A DNA stretch of 64,000 nt, taken from positions 20,768 through 84,767 of the forward strand of contig JAJEFE010000077.1 in the NCBI GenBank assembly GCA_022820625.1, written 5' to 3'. Position numbers and translations under genes: made by a program. A model generated the notes under the pieces. It was given only the letters and a program-made list of their open reading frames with translations, had not been told where the DNA came from and ran no database searches. Below are positions 26,559 through 35,938 of this stretch, piece by piece; position 1 is the stretch's first letter; each line of letters begins with the position of its first letter. Source of the stretch: Gammaproteobacteria bacterium (lineage in GTDB: Bacteria; Pseudomonadota; Gammaproteobacteria; Steroidobacterales; Rariloculaceae).

Positions 26559-26673
26559 GATTGATCAGCCTCCGATGGTCGTGACAGGTCTTGGGGCTGG
26601 TTTTCGTCTGTCGTCGTTGGCCCACTCCCGGAGTCACCCCCGAACCAGCATCGCGGCGAGTTTTTGTCCGGGT

Positions 26674-27645
26674 TCATGTCTGAACCAGCGCCGCGGCGGC
26701 GGCAGTGATTCGTTCGGGATTCGGTAACAACGGTTTCTCCACGTTGGGGGCATAGGGCATCGCGATGTTCGGCACCGTGACACGCCGGACCGGCGCCTTG
26801 AGATCGTGGAAGGCCTCCTCCGCGATCACCGCGGCGATATGGCTTGCGGCGCTGCACCGGTCGCGAGCCTCGTCCACCACCACCAATCGGCCTGTCTTGG
26901 CTACCGACGCCTTGATGGTCTCGGTGTCCAGCGGCACCAGCGTGCGGCAATCGATGACTTCCGCTTCGATAGCGTCAGCCGCCAGCGCTTTGGCTGCCCG
27001 CAGCGTCGGCCGCATCATCGCACCGACGCTCACGAGCGTGACGTCGCCGCCGGACCGTCGAATGGCGGCCTGACCCAGGGGCACCAGGTGATCGCCATCC
27101 GGCACTTCGCCGCGTTGCCCGCCCCGGCCGCCTGCCTCGAGATAGAACGTCGGGTTGTTGCCCCGGATCGCCGTCTTCAACAATCCCGCCGCATCTGCCG
27201 GCGTGGACGGTACGGCGACGTTGATTCCGCCCAGGTTCATCAACGCCGGGTAGGGGGTATCGGAGTGCTGCGCCGCCGTGGAGCGCCCGCCGCCGTATCC
27301 CGCGATCACGGTGACGGGCAACATGATCTGGCCGCCGGTCATGAGCCGGATCTTCGCCATCTGGTTGGCAATGGCGTCGAATCCCGTGTAGATGAAATTG
27401 GAGAACATCATGTGCAGGATTACCCGGTATCCGGCCGCTGCCGCACCCACGGCCATGCCGGACAGCGTCGCTTCGCAGATGGGCGTGTTGCGCACCCGGT
27501 CGGGGCCGAATCGGTCCAGCAGGCCCACGGTGTCGCCGAACATGCTGATTTCCACGTCTTCACCGAAGAGGATCACGCGTTCGTCGCGCTCCATCTCTTC
27601 GGTCAGCGCATCGTTGATGGCCTGGATCAGCCGTTTCTTGGCCAT
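26674..27645 (-). CDS. 2-oxoacid/acetoin dehydrogenase E1 component beta subunit
   Basis: 323 aa. Motifs MAKKRLIQAINDALTEEMERDERVILFGEDV and RVRNTPICEATLSGMAVGAA. Confidence 0.9.
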   Translation of the reverse strand: MAKKRLIQAINDALTEEMERDERVILFGEDVEISMFGDTVGLLDRFGPDRVRNTPICEATLSGMAVGAAAAGYRVILHMMFSNFIYTGFDAIANQMAKIRLMTGGQIMLPVTVIAGYGGGRSTAAQHSDTPYPALMNLGGINVAVPSTPADAAGLLKTAIRGNNPTFYLEAGGRGGQRGEVPDGDHLVPLGQAAIRRSGGDVTLVSVGAMMRPTLRAAKALAADAIEAEVIDCRTLVPLDTETIKASVAKTGRLVVVDEARDRCSAASHIAAVIAEEAFHDLKAPVRRVTVPNIAMPYAPNVEKPLLPNPERITAAAAALVQT

Positions 27646-27653
27646 GGGACTGC

Positions 27654-28646
27654 CTATGGAGCCTGGTTGAAGAACATCAGATCCCGGACCGCGTCCGGAG
27701 CCGGTACCGCGCTGGCTTCGGCGAAAGCGCAGGCGTCCTCGACCGTGTCCAGGATGTCGCGGTCCATGGCGCCGACTTCATCCAGCGTACAGATGCCCCG
27801 CTCCACCAGCGTGCGGGTCAAACGTTCGATGGGATCGCGCCGGTTCCACTCATCGATTTCGCTGTCGTCGCGATACGTCCCGCTGAGCCAATACACCTCG
27901 CCTTCGTTATGGCCGTGGGTGCGGTAAGTCGTCGCCAGGACAAACGACGGACCGTTGCCCCGCCGTGCATGGTCCACGGCAGCGCCCGCGGCTTCCCATA
28001 CGGCGATGGCGTCGTTGCCGTCCACGCTCGTGCTGGGAATTCCGAACGCTCCGGGCCGGTCGGCGATATCGCCGGCCGTGACGGTGTCCGAAGGCGAAAA
28101 CTCGGAGAAGCCATTGTGCTCGCAGACCAGCACCAGCGGCAGCTTCCACAGTGCGCCCACATTCATCGCTTCCATGAACACGCCCTGGTTCGCCGCGCCG
28201 TCTCCGAAGAAACACACGGCCACCTGGCCCTTGTTCTCCAGTTGCGCGGCCAGCGCGGCACCCACCGTGATACCCACGCCGCCGCCGACAATGCCGTTGG
28301 CGCCGATGATTCCCCTGGAGAAATCCGCCACGTGCATGGACCCGCCCATGCCCCTGCAGATACCGGTTTCCTTGCCGTGAATCTCCGCGATCATTGCCTT
28401 CGGATCGCCGCCCTTGGCAAGAAAATGCCCGTGTCCGCGATGCGTGCTGGCGATCCAGTCGTCGTCGTTGAGGTGCGCACAGACCCCCGCCGCGACGGCC
28501 TCCTGGCCGATGTAAAGGTGAACGCCGCCGGGCAGCTTGCCGGCGTGGAAGTCGTCTCGCAGGCGTTCTTCCACGCGGCGGATCAGCAGCATGGTCCTGA
28601 GCAGGTCCAGGAATTCTTCAGTAGAAGGGGCTGATTTCGGCGTCAT
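27654..28646 (-). CDS. TPP-dependent 2-oxoacid/acetoin dehydrogenase E1 component alpha subunit
   Basis: 330 aa. Motifs STHRGHGHFLAKG and TPP motif FFGDGAANQG...LVCEHNG. Its start overlaps the upstream hydrolase stop (ATGA). Confidence 0.9.
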   Translation of the reverse strand: MTPKSAPSTEEFLDLLRTMLLIRRVEERLRDDFHAGKLPGGVHLYIGQEAVAAGVCAHLNDDDWIASTHRGHGHFLAKGGDPKAMIAEIHGKETGICRGMGGSMHVADFSRGIIGANGIVGGGVGITVGAALAAQLENKGQVAVCFFGDGAANQGVFMEAMNVGALWKLPLVLVCEHNGFSEFSPSDTVTAGDIADRPGAFGIPSTSVDGNDAIAVWEAAGAAVDHARRGNGPSFVLATTYRTHGHNEGEVYWLSGTYRDDSEIDEWNRRDPIERLTRTLVERGICTLDEVGAMDRDILDTVEDACAFAEASAVPAPDAVRDLMFFNQAP

Positions 28647-29620
28647 CGCGTGGCCCTCGAACCCGCTGCACTGCCGCCCGTATGCGCGCGAAAAAACGCC
28701 GCCGCCCGGTCGGTGACCTGATGCGCTTCAGGAATCTCCTGCGCGTTGTGAAAACCGTGCCAGAGCCCGTCCCATACGTCCAGGGTGACGTTCTCGCCGG
28801 CATCGCGCGCCCGCTGCGCCCAGATCAGGGCGTCCGACAGCAACATTTCCCTCGAGCCGGCGTCCACCAGCGTTGGAGGCAGCCCTCGCGGATCTCCGTA
28901 GATGGGTGAAATGGTGGGTTCGCGGCGGTCGGCGGTGCCGGCGTACATGCCGGCAAGCCTTTCCATGTCGGTGCTTCCCATGACGTGATCGTAGGGCGCA
29001 TTGGTCCGGTAGCTGTCGCCGCTGAGCGTGAGGTCCGCCCAGGGCGACATGCCGTAGATGGCGCCGGGCATGGGGATGCCGCGTTGCCTGGCCGCCAGCC
29101 CCATCGCCAGCACGATTCCGCCGCCCGCCGAAAGCCCCGTCCAGGCGATTCGCCCCGGCGCGTACCCCTGCTCGACGAGCCAGCAGTGAGCCGTGAGGCA
29201 GTCCTCGAACGCGGCCGGCCACGGATGCTCCGGAGCCCTGCTGTATTCCACCGAGAGCACGGGCCGTCCTGCGGCGCGTCCCATCCGCAGTGGGTGCTCG
29301 ATGACCCGCGCCGCCTCGCCGGCCACATAGCCGCCGCCGTGGGCGTAGAGGATCACGCGTTCGGAATCGTCCTGGAGCGGTGAGGTAATCCAGTACGCAC
29401 GCACACCGTTTGCGTCCACTGCGTCGACATCGAATTGCACGCCCTGTTTGCGCACCAGTTCGCAACGCTCGTCGGCAATTCGATTGATCGTCGTCCGCGC
29501 AGCGCCGTAATCGGCCAGATCGGACAAATGGTCGTCGGCGTCGCTCAGGATCGCCTGGGCTTCCCTGCTCAGGTGCGAGGGAGGCGGGAAGGGGCTGCCG
29601 CTGGTGTGTTGTGCCGTCAT
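28643..29620 (-). CDS. alpha/beta hydrolase (HSL-type esterase/lipase)
   Basis: 325 aa. Oxyanion HGGGY motif and nucleophile elbow GLSAGG. Confidence 0.85.
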   Translation of the reverse strand: MTAQHTSGSPFPPPSHLSREAQAILSDADDHLSDLADYGAARTTINRIADERCELVRKQGVQFDVDAVDANGVRAYWITSPLQDDSERVILYAHGGGYVAGEAARVIEHPLRMGRAAGRPVLSVEYSRAPEHPWPAAFEDCLTAHCWLVEQGYAPGRIAWTGLSAGGGIVLAMGLAARQRGIPMPGAIYGMSPWADLTLSGDSYRTNAPYDHVMGSTDMERLAGMYAGTADRREPTISPIYGDPRGLPPTLVDAGSREMLLSDALIWAQRARDAGENVTLDVWDGLWHGFHNAQEIPEAHQVTDRAAAFFRAHTGGSAAGSRATR

Positions 29621-29716
29621 GAATTGTCGTCCGTCGTCGCTTCGGAGTTACTTCTGCGCTGAAATGTTCTACTCTATGGTGGGTTCAAGGCTAAAATAAC
29701 CGATCAAACGGCGAAT

Positions 29717-29727
29717 TTGTACTACCA
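29717..29727. promoter_or_regulatory. candidate GntR/FadR-type operator TTGTACTACCA
   Basis: Lies in the divergent intergenic region between the hydrolase-E1 operon and the amidohydrolase operon. A weaker ATGTTCTACTC lies at 29664..29674. Confidence 0.45.
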
Positions 29728-29747
29728 TTTTGGAAAAGGAGTCCCGA

Positions 29748-31070
29748 GTGCGCGTTGACACGACAATGGCAACGATTGCGAGACTCGCCGGATTCGCCCT
29801 GCTTGTCCTGTTGTCCGGGCCGGGATTTGCTCAGGATCTCGCCATCACCAATGTACGCATCGTCGTCGGCAATGGGGAAACGTTCGATCAGGGTACGATG
29901 GTCGTTCGGGATGGACTTATCGCGTCCGTCGCCGACAGTGCCATGGAGGAGGCCGGCGTACCGGTTTTCGACGCCCGGGGCATGACCGTGATGCCCGGGT
30001 TCATCGATACCCACGTGCACACCCTGGCCTATGCCGAACAGGCGACTGATGACGATGCGCTGGCCGCATACCTGGCGGGGCCGCTGCCCGAATTGCTTCG
30101 GGAAATGCTGGCGGCCGGAGTGACGACGGCGCTGGATACCGGCGCCTATTTTCCCGCTGTGCTCGATGTACGGGAGAAACTCGAAGCGGGGGAACTTGTC
30201 GGGCCGCGTCTGCGGGTCTCCGGACCTGCCTTCGGCGCCCCGGAGGGTCACCCTGCGGCGACCATCTGCCGCAACAATCCCTATTGCCGGGAACATCTGG
30301 CCGTGCCGGTCGACGACCCCGCGCTGGCGCGCGCACGCGTCGCCGAGTTGGCCGAAGCCGGCGTAGACTTCGTCAAGGCGGTTCACCAGGCCGGCGCCCA
30401 TCTTCCCTTGATGGATGAGGAGGTCATCGCAGCCATGGCCGCCGAAGCGGATGCGCGCAATGTCCCGTTCGTCGTGCACGGCACGTTCTACTCGGGAATG
30501 GTTCGGGCGGCCGAACTCGGTGTCGACGGATTCGTTCACGTTCCCTGGCGGGATCAGGTGGATCCGGCAGAATCCAGGGCGGTGTTCGCCGACGCCGGTA
30601 TCCCGATTACGACGACCGTGTCGCTCCACGACAGTTTCGTCGATGCGCAGGGCGTCAGGAGAACCGTGATGGGAGGCACCTTTCCGCCGGCGCAGGACGG
30701 CGATCGGGCGCAGGCGGTTGCCAACGCCCGCGTGTTTTGGAACGCCGGCGTCACGCTCGCGTTCGGAACCGATCAGCAGCGGCTCAGGCCCTACGCCGAA
30801 GCGGTACTCGGCGAGGCGCGGGCACTGGCGGAAGTCCTGCCCACGGAGGAAGTGATCTCCATTTTGACGCGAAATGCGGCCGATTATCTTGGTCTGGGCG
30901 GCGAGATCGGCACACTCGAGGCAGGCAAGCGGGCCGATATGGTCATCGTTGCGGGCGACCCGCTGGACGACATAGGCGCAATCGGGGACGTTGCTGCGGT
31001 CATTCAGGCCGGACGGATCGCCTTCGATTCCGGGAACCTTGCCCGCCGGGAATCTGCACCTCGGCAATAG
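29748..31070 (+). CDS. secreted amidohydrolase-family metal hydrolase
   Basis: The GTG at 29748 lies 6 nt after AAGGAG; an alternative ATG is at 29766. Signal peptide ARLAGFALLVLLSGPGFAQ. Motif PGFIDTHVHT. Confidence 0.85.
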   Translation: MRVDTTMATIARLAGFALLVLLSGPGFAQDLAITNVRIVVGNGETFDQGTMVVRDGLIASVADSAMEEAGVPVFDARGMTVMPGFIDTHVHTLAYAEQATDDDALAAYLAGPLPELLREMLAAGVTTALDTGAYFPAVLDVREKLEAGELVGPRLRVSGPAFGAPEGHPAATICRNNPYCREHLAVPVDDPALARARVAELAEAGVDFVKAVHQAGAHLPLMDEEVIAAMAAEADARNVPFVVHGTFYSGMVRAAELGVDGFVHVPWRDQVDPAESRAVFADAGIPITTTVSLHDSFVDAQGVRRTVMGGTFPPAQDGDRAQAVANARVFWNAGVTLAFGTDQQRLRPYAEAVLGEARALAEVLPTEEVISILTRNAADYLGLGGEIGTLEAGKRADMVIVAGDPLDDIGAIGDVAAVIQAGRIAFDSGNLARRESAPRQ

Positions 31071-31081
31071 GAACGAAGCGC

Positions 31082-31996
31082 GTGTCGGGGACAAGCACCG
31101 GGGAAGCTGGCGTTGCATATGTCGACGGCCGGTTCCTGCCGCTGAGTGAGGCGACGATCCCCATCACCGACTGGGGATTTATCCGTGGCGACGCCGTATA
31201 CGACGCGGTTGTCTTTTCCGGGGGTTGCCTGTTTCGCCTTTCGGACCATGTCGAGCGTTTCGGGCACAGCATGGCCAAGTGGCGGCTGGAGATCGCGCTG
31301 TCTCCCGGCCGAATCCGGGAGATCGTTCACGAGGTGGTGCGTCGGTCGGGACTGCGCGACGGGTTGGTGTTGATCATCGCAACCCGCGGGGTGCCGCCTT
31401 CGCTCGGCATCCGCAATCCGGCGTATTTCAAGAATAGGTTCTATGCCTTTTCCCAGATCCTTCCGCCAATTGCCCCTGCCGAGAAGCTTCGGGACGGGAT
31501 GAGCGTCGTCATCAGCAAGGTCCGCAGGATTCCGGAGCAGAGCCTGGACTCGACCGCGAAGAACTTCCAGTGGGGCGACTTCACCCAGGCCCGCCTGGAA
31601 GCTCATGACCGGGGCGCGGACAACGCGCTGTTGCTCGACTACGACGGCAACGTGACAGAGGGTCCGGGATTCAATGCATTCATCGTCAGCGATGGTGTCC
31701 TGAAGACGCCTGCGCACCATCGCCTGGAAGGCATTACCCGGCGCACAGTCATCGAAATCGCCGAGCGCAGCGGTCGTCGGTGGGAAGAGGCGGATATTGC
31801 GCTGGCCGAATTGAAGCGCGCCGACGAGGTGTTCCTTTGTTCCTCAGCCGGTGGAGTTTTTCCGGTGATCCGTGTGGATGACGAGATCATAGGGGATGGC
31901 GCTTGCGGGCCGGTCACGGCATCGATCCTTGACGAGTACTGGCGGCTTCGTGTCGATCCTGAATGGGTGGAAAAGGTAGACTACGGTGACGACTAG
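31082..31996 (+). CDS. class IV aminotransferase (branched-chain / D-amino-acid aminotransferase family)
   Basis: GTG at 31082 in frame with track ORF 30737..31996. Sequence ...AYVDGRFLPLSEATIPITDWGFIRGDAVYD...TAKNFQWGDF...NVTEGPGFNAF...GITR. Confidence 0.8.
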   Translation: MSGTSTGEAGVAYVDGRFLPLSEATIPITDWGFIRGDAVYDAVVFSGGCLFRLSDHVERFGHSMAKWRLEIALSPGRIREIVHEVVRRSGLRDGLVLIIATRGVPPSLGIRNPAYFKNRFYAFSQILPPIAPAEKLRDGMSVVISKVRRIPEQSLDSTAKNFQWGDFTQARLEAHDRGADNALLLDYDGNVTEGPGFNAFIVSDGVLKTPAHHRLEGITRRTVIEIAERSGRRWEEADIALAELKRADEVFLCSSAGGVFPVIRVDDEIIGDGACGPVTASILDEYWRLRVDPEWVEKVDYGDD

Positions 31997-32085
31997 CGTG
32001 CATGTCTCGGCTGTGTTCGTTGGACGAGCGCAGATCATCCTAATGCTGATCGGCGCGCTAACCTCCATTTGAGAAAGGAACTCGC

Positions 32086-32748
32086 GTGGCCACAGCGAAA
32101 GAAATAGCCTTCGAACGGATACGGAACTCGATCTTTTCGGGCAAATTCCAGCCCGGATACCAACTCAAGGAAGAGGAGTTGGCGAATTCACTGAACGTCA
32201 GCCGCACGCCGGTGCGTGAAGCGCTGCGGATGCTGGCGGACCAGGGCTTGATCGAAATCCGCTCCAACCGGCGTTCCTACGTGGCCGACGTCACCGAGGC
32301 GCAGTTCGAGGAACTCATGGATATTCTCTCGTTCCTCGAGAGCTACAGTGCAGCCCGGGCCGCGCGGCGAATCTCGAAGGAAGCGCTGGAGGAACTCAGG
32401 CAACTGAACGCCGAGATCGAAGAGGCCGTCGATGACGATCCGCGATTCCTGCAGCTTAACTCCCGGTTTCATCGGGCCATACACCGCGCGGCGGGCAGTC
32501 ACAAGCTCTACGAACTGATCGACCGGATCATCGACTTCCACCACAATCTCTACTTCAAGTTCGGCCAGATACCGGCCAGGCACAACCCGCTCAGCGTGGT
32601 CGAGCACCGGAACATCATCGAGGCGCTGGAGGACGGGGACGAGGAATACGCGGCGCTGATGATGAAGGCACACAACGAATCGGTCAGGCGTGCATTTCGG
32701 CAATATTGGCGCGAACGCGGCGAACTTTCGGACGCGAAGAGCACTTGA
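32086..32748 (+). CDS. GntR-family transcriptional regulator, FadR subfamily (FCD domain)
   Basis: GTG at 32086 after GAAAGGAA. Winged HTH ...YQLKEEELANSLNVSRTPVREALRMLADQGLIEI. All-helical C-terminal domain with the H/H pattern (RFHRAIH, EHRNIIEAL). Confidence 0.9.
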   Translation: MATAKEIAFERIRNSIFSGKFQPGYQLKEEELANSLNVSRTPVREALRMLADQGLIEIRSNRRSYVADVTEAQFEELMDILSFLESYSAARAARRISKEALEELRQLNAEIEEAVDDDPRFLQLNSRFHRAIHRAAGSHKLYELIDRIIDFHHNLYFKFGQIPARHNPLSVVEHRNIIEALEDGDEEYAALMMKAHNESVRRAFRQYWRERGELSDAKST

Positions 32749-32750
32749 CG

Positions 32751-34385
32751 GTGACAGGCCCGCGGCGGTCCGGGGCGACTTTGTCAACGCCCAATTTTCT
32801 GTTCTTCATCACCGACCAGCAGCGCTGGGATCATGTCGGCTATGCCGGCAATGAGATCGTGCAGACCCCGAACATCGATCGTATCGCCACGGGCGGTTCG
32901 TGGCTGTCGCGATTCTACGTATCGTCGCCGACTTGCATGAGCAATCGCGCGACATTCATGACCGGGCGCATTCCACGGGTCAACGGCGTGCGTTACAACG
33001 GGATTCCGCTGGATCTGGATTCCGTCACCTTCGTCGATCTGCTCCTCGCGGCCGGCTATCGCACGGCGCTTGTCGGCAAGAGTCACCTGCAGGGCATGAC
33101 GTCGGAGTCGGCCAAGGTTCCGCGTGAAGTGTACCCGGACGGGCTCAGGCTGCCGCCCGACGCATTGGCCGAGGCGCGTCGGACACCCTACACACGCGAA
33201 GACTATGAGTGGGAGATGAGCCAGGAGTGGGTCCGCCCCGGTCACCCGGACAACATCCGCACGCCGTTCTACGGTTTCGAGGATGTAGCCTTCTGCCTTG
33301 GGCACGGCGACCTGGTCACCGGACACTACTCCGCGTGGCTCAGAAAAAAGGCGCCCGGTCTTGACTTTCAGCCGGGGCTTGCAGGTGCGCGGGCCGTCAG
33401 CGAGGTGCGGGCGGCCCAGGTCTACCAGCCGGCCGTTCCGGAAGATCTCTATCCGACCCGATTTGTCCAGGAGGAGACCGTCGCGTGGCTCGAGGGCCAC
33501 GCCGAGCGCGGAGAGGGCAGGCCCTTCTTCGTGCAATGTTCGTTCCCGGACCCGCACCACCCGTTCACACCGCCGGGCCGTTACTACGGCATGTACGACG
33601 CGGATGAGGTTGAACTTCCACCGTCGTTCCATACACCCACGCGCGATGCAACGCCGCCGCTTGCAAGGCTCTGGGACGAGTACGAGCGCGGTACCGAAAC
33701 GACACGCTGGACGTATCCCTTCGTCACCGGCGAACGGCGGGCGCGCGACATGCTGGCCAAGACCTACGGCCAGATCACGATGATCGACGATGCCGTCGGC
33801 GCGGTACTCGATACGCTGAATCGAGTGGGCCTGGCCGAAAATACCGTGATCTGTTTCCTGTCGGATCACGGCGAGTATCTCGGCGATCACGGCCTGATGC
33901 TCAAGGGGCCGATGCAGTACCAGAGCATCGTGCGCACACCCTTTGCCTGGCGCGATCCGGACCCGGCGTACAACCGCGGGCATCTCGAAGAAATGGGATC
34001 AATGCTGGATCTCGCCCGAACCGTGCTGAGCCGGGCGGGGCTCCAACCGTACAACGGCGTGCAGGGCGTCGATCTCTGCCCGCTGCTCAGGGGCGAGTCG
34101 GCGATGCGCGACGAGGTCCTGGTGGAGTACACCACCCAGTACCCTTACCTCGGGTTCGACGACCTGGTAACGGTCTCGACACTGATTGACCGTCAATGGC
34201 GGATTTCAGTCTGGCAGAACCGTGACTGGGGCGAACTTTATGACCTCTCGAACGACCCCCACGAACTGACGAACCTCTGGGACGATCCGGAGTCGGCAAC
34301 GGTCAAGGAATCGTTGTTGATCCGTCTCGTCCACTCGCTGCAGAACCACGCCGATACCTCGCCGTATCCTCTTTCGGTGTCCTGA
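32751..34385 (+). CDS. sulfatase-family protein (arylsulfatase-like), no signal peptide, variant CMSNR active-site motif
   Basis: Motifs PNFLFFITDQQRWD and SSPTCMSNRATFMTGR. Start uncertain: GTG 32751, TTG 32745 or TTG 32706. Immediately follows the GntR stop. Confidence 0.85.
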   Translation: MTGPRRSGATLSTPNFLFFITDQQRWDHVGYAGNEIVQTPNIDRIATGGSWLSRFYVSSPTCMSNRATFMTGRIPRVNGVRYNGIPLDLDSVTFVDLLLAAGYRTALVGKSHLQGMTSESAKVPREVYPDGLRLPPDALAEARRTPYTREDYEWEMSQEWVRPGHPDNIRTPFYGFEDVAFCLGHGDLVTGHYSAWLRKKAPGLDFQPGLAGARAVSEVRAAQVYQPAVPEDLYPTRFVQEETVAWLEGHAERGEGRPFFVQCSFPDPHHPFTPPGRYYGMYDADEVELPPSFHTPTRDATPPLARLWDEYERGTETTRWTYPFVTGERRARDMLAKTYGQITMIDDAVGAVLDTLNRVGLAENTVICFLSDHGEYLGDHGLMLKGPMQYQSIVRTPFAWRDPDPAYNRGHLEEMGSMLDLARTVLSRAGLQPYNGVQGVDLCPLLRGESAMRDEVLVEYTTQYPYLGFDDLVTVSTLIDRQWRISVWQNRDWGELYDLSNDPHELTNLWDDPESATVKESLLIRLVHSLQNHADTSPYPLSVS

Positions 34386-34405
34386 CCGGGCAGGGCCATT
34401 CGGGA

Positions 34406-35725
34406 ATGAAGATCAATATCACCGGCGTCATTGAAGAGAGCCGTGTCGGCCCGCTCCACGTCCTGATCATCGCGATCGGCTTTCTCATCATGGTCATGGA
34501 CGGTTACGACCTGGTCGCAATGGGGGCCACGGTACCGAGTATTTCAGGGGAGTGGGGGCTCGACCCCGCGGAGTTCGCCTGGGCGTTGTCCTCTGCCCTG
34601 ATCGGCGTGCTGTTCGGTTCCAGCGCGGCCGGCGCCATGGGGGACTGGATCGGCCGCCGCTGGACCATCGTCATCATGCTCGTGATCTCCGGTGTGTCCA
34701 TGTGCGTAACCCCGCTGGTGAACACGATGAACGAACTGATCGCGTTTCGTTTCGTGACCGGGATCGGCGTGGGTGGGTGCATTCCGGTGACGTTGGCGTA
34801 TACGCTGGAGTTCATGCCGCGCAAGGTCCGCAATGGACTGACGGCATTCATGTATTCCGGCGCTGCCATGGGCACCACGGTCGCCGGGTTCGTCGGACCG
34901 ACGCTGATCGGCCTCGGAGGCTGGCCCTATGTGTTCTACTTCGGCGGACTGATCCCGCTGATACTGGCTGTCGTCGTGGTGGCGGTGATGCCCGAATCGC
35001 TGCGATTTCTCGTCAACCGCGGCTGTGCGCCCGAAACCGCAGGCGCGCTGCTGGGCCGGGTCGACACGTCCTTTGCCCACAAGCCGGAATTCGAATACAC
35101 CCATGGCGAAGTCACGCACAAGGGCAGCCCGATTCGCGAATTGTTCGGTGGACGGCAGACCGCGATTACGCTGGTCGTCTGGCTTGCGTTCCTGGGAAAC
35201 CAGTCCCTGGTCTTCCTGTTGGGGCTGTGGATGCCGACGCTCTTCACGGCTGTCGGGATTTCCATCGATACTGCGTTGTACGTACTGGCCCTGTACGCTC
35301 TCGGCGGGGTCGTCGGCGGCACTCTTTTCGGCGTCATCGGCGACCGCATCTCGCCGGCGCAGGTACTGATCGCGACCTACCTGCTCGCCGCGGTCTGCGT
35401 CTTCGCGCTGGGGTTCTCGGTCAGTTCCACGGCGCTGTTGATCCTGGTGGCCATCTGCACCGGGTTCAGCGTCATCGGCTCATCCCTGTTGCTGGGTACG
35501 ATGACGACCGGCCTGTATCCGACGCGGGCACGTTCCACGGGAATCGGCTGGGCCCTGGCCGTCGGCCGTTTCGGTTCGATCGCCAGTCCGCTGATCGGTG
35601 GCGCCTTGCTCGCGCAAGGCTTCGGTACGCAGACCATATTTGCCATTGGCGCGATCCCGGCGCTGCTGTGCGCGGCAAGCGTTTTTGCGATTGGCCGGCT
35701 TACGAAGCCGCTCAGCACCGGTTAG
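34406..35725 (+). CDS. MFS transporter, aromatic-acid:H+ symporter-like
   Basis: 439 aa. N-terminus ...GPLHVLIIAIGFLIMVMDGYDLVAMGATVPSI and GDWIGRR loop, resembling the PcaK/BenK-type family. Confidence 0.8.
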   Translation: MKINITGVIEESRVGPLHVLIIAIGFLIMVMDGYDLVAMGATVPSISGEWGLDPAEFAWALSSALIGVLFGSSAAGAMGDWIGRRWTIVIMLVISGVSMCVTPLVNTMNELIAFRFVTGIGVGGCIPVTLAYTLEFMPRKVRNGLTAFMYSGAAMGTTVAGFVGPTLIGLGGWPYVFYFGGLIPLILAVVVVAVMPESLRFLVNRGCAPETAGALLGRVDTSFAHKPEFEYTHGEVTHKGSPIRELFGGRQTAITLVVWLAFLGNQSLVFLLGLWMPTLFTAVGISIDTALYVLALYALGGVVGGTLFGVIGDRISPAQVLIATYLLAAVCVFALGFSVSSTALLILVAICTGFSVIGSSLLLGTMTTGLYPTRARSTGIGWALAVGRFGSIASPLIGGALLAQGFGTQTIFAIGAIPALLCAASVFAIGRLTKPLSTG

Positions 35726-35938
35726 ATTTACTTATGGGGAGACCAAGTATTTCTGACTGCCCCGTGGGATCAGCGGGATTCTTCCCTATGGTATCCTGCC
35801 AATGGGTTGAGTTCGGCCATTCGAGCGACGGGAGTGCGCAGCGCGTGAGAAAAAAACAACACTGGCTGGAATCGCATCTCTGCTCCAGGAATTCATTCCG
35901 AATGTAAACATCATGCCTGCTAGGGAGGTATAGGTCTC

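Noticed and set aside
35902-35911. ATGTAAACAT inverted repeat upstream of the 990-aa TBDR, considered as another operator of the recurring family.
   Set aside because: The half-site spacing (N2) differs from the TGT-N3-ACA sites and the flanks do not match. It is too short to distinguish from chance.
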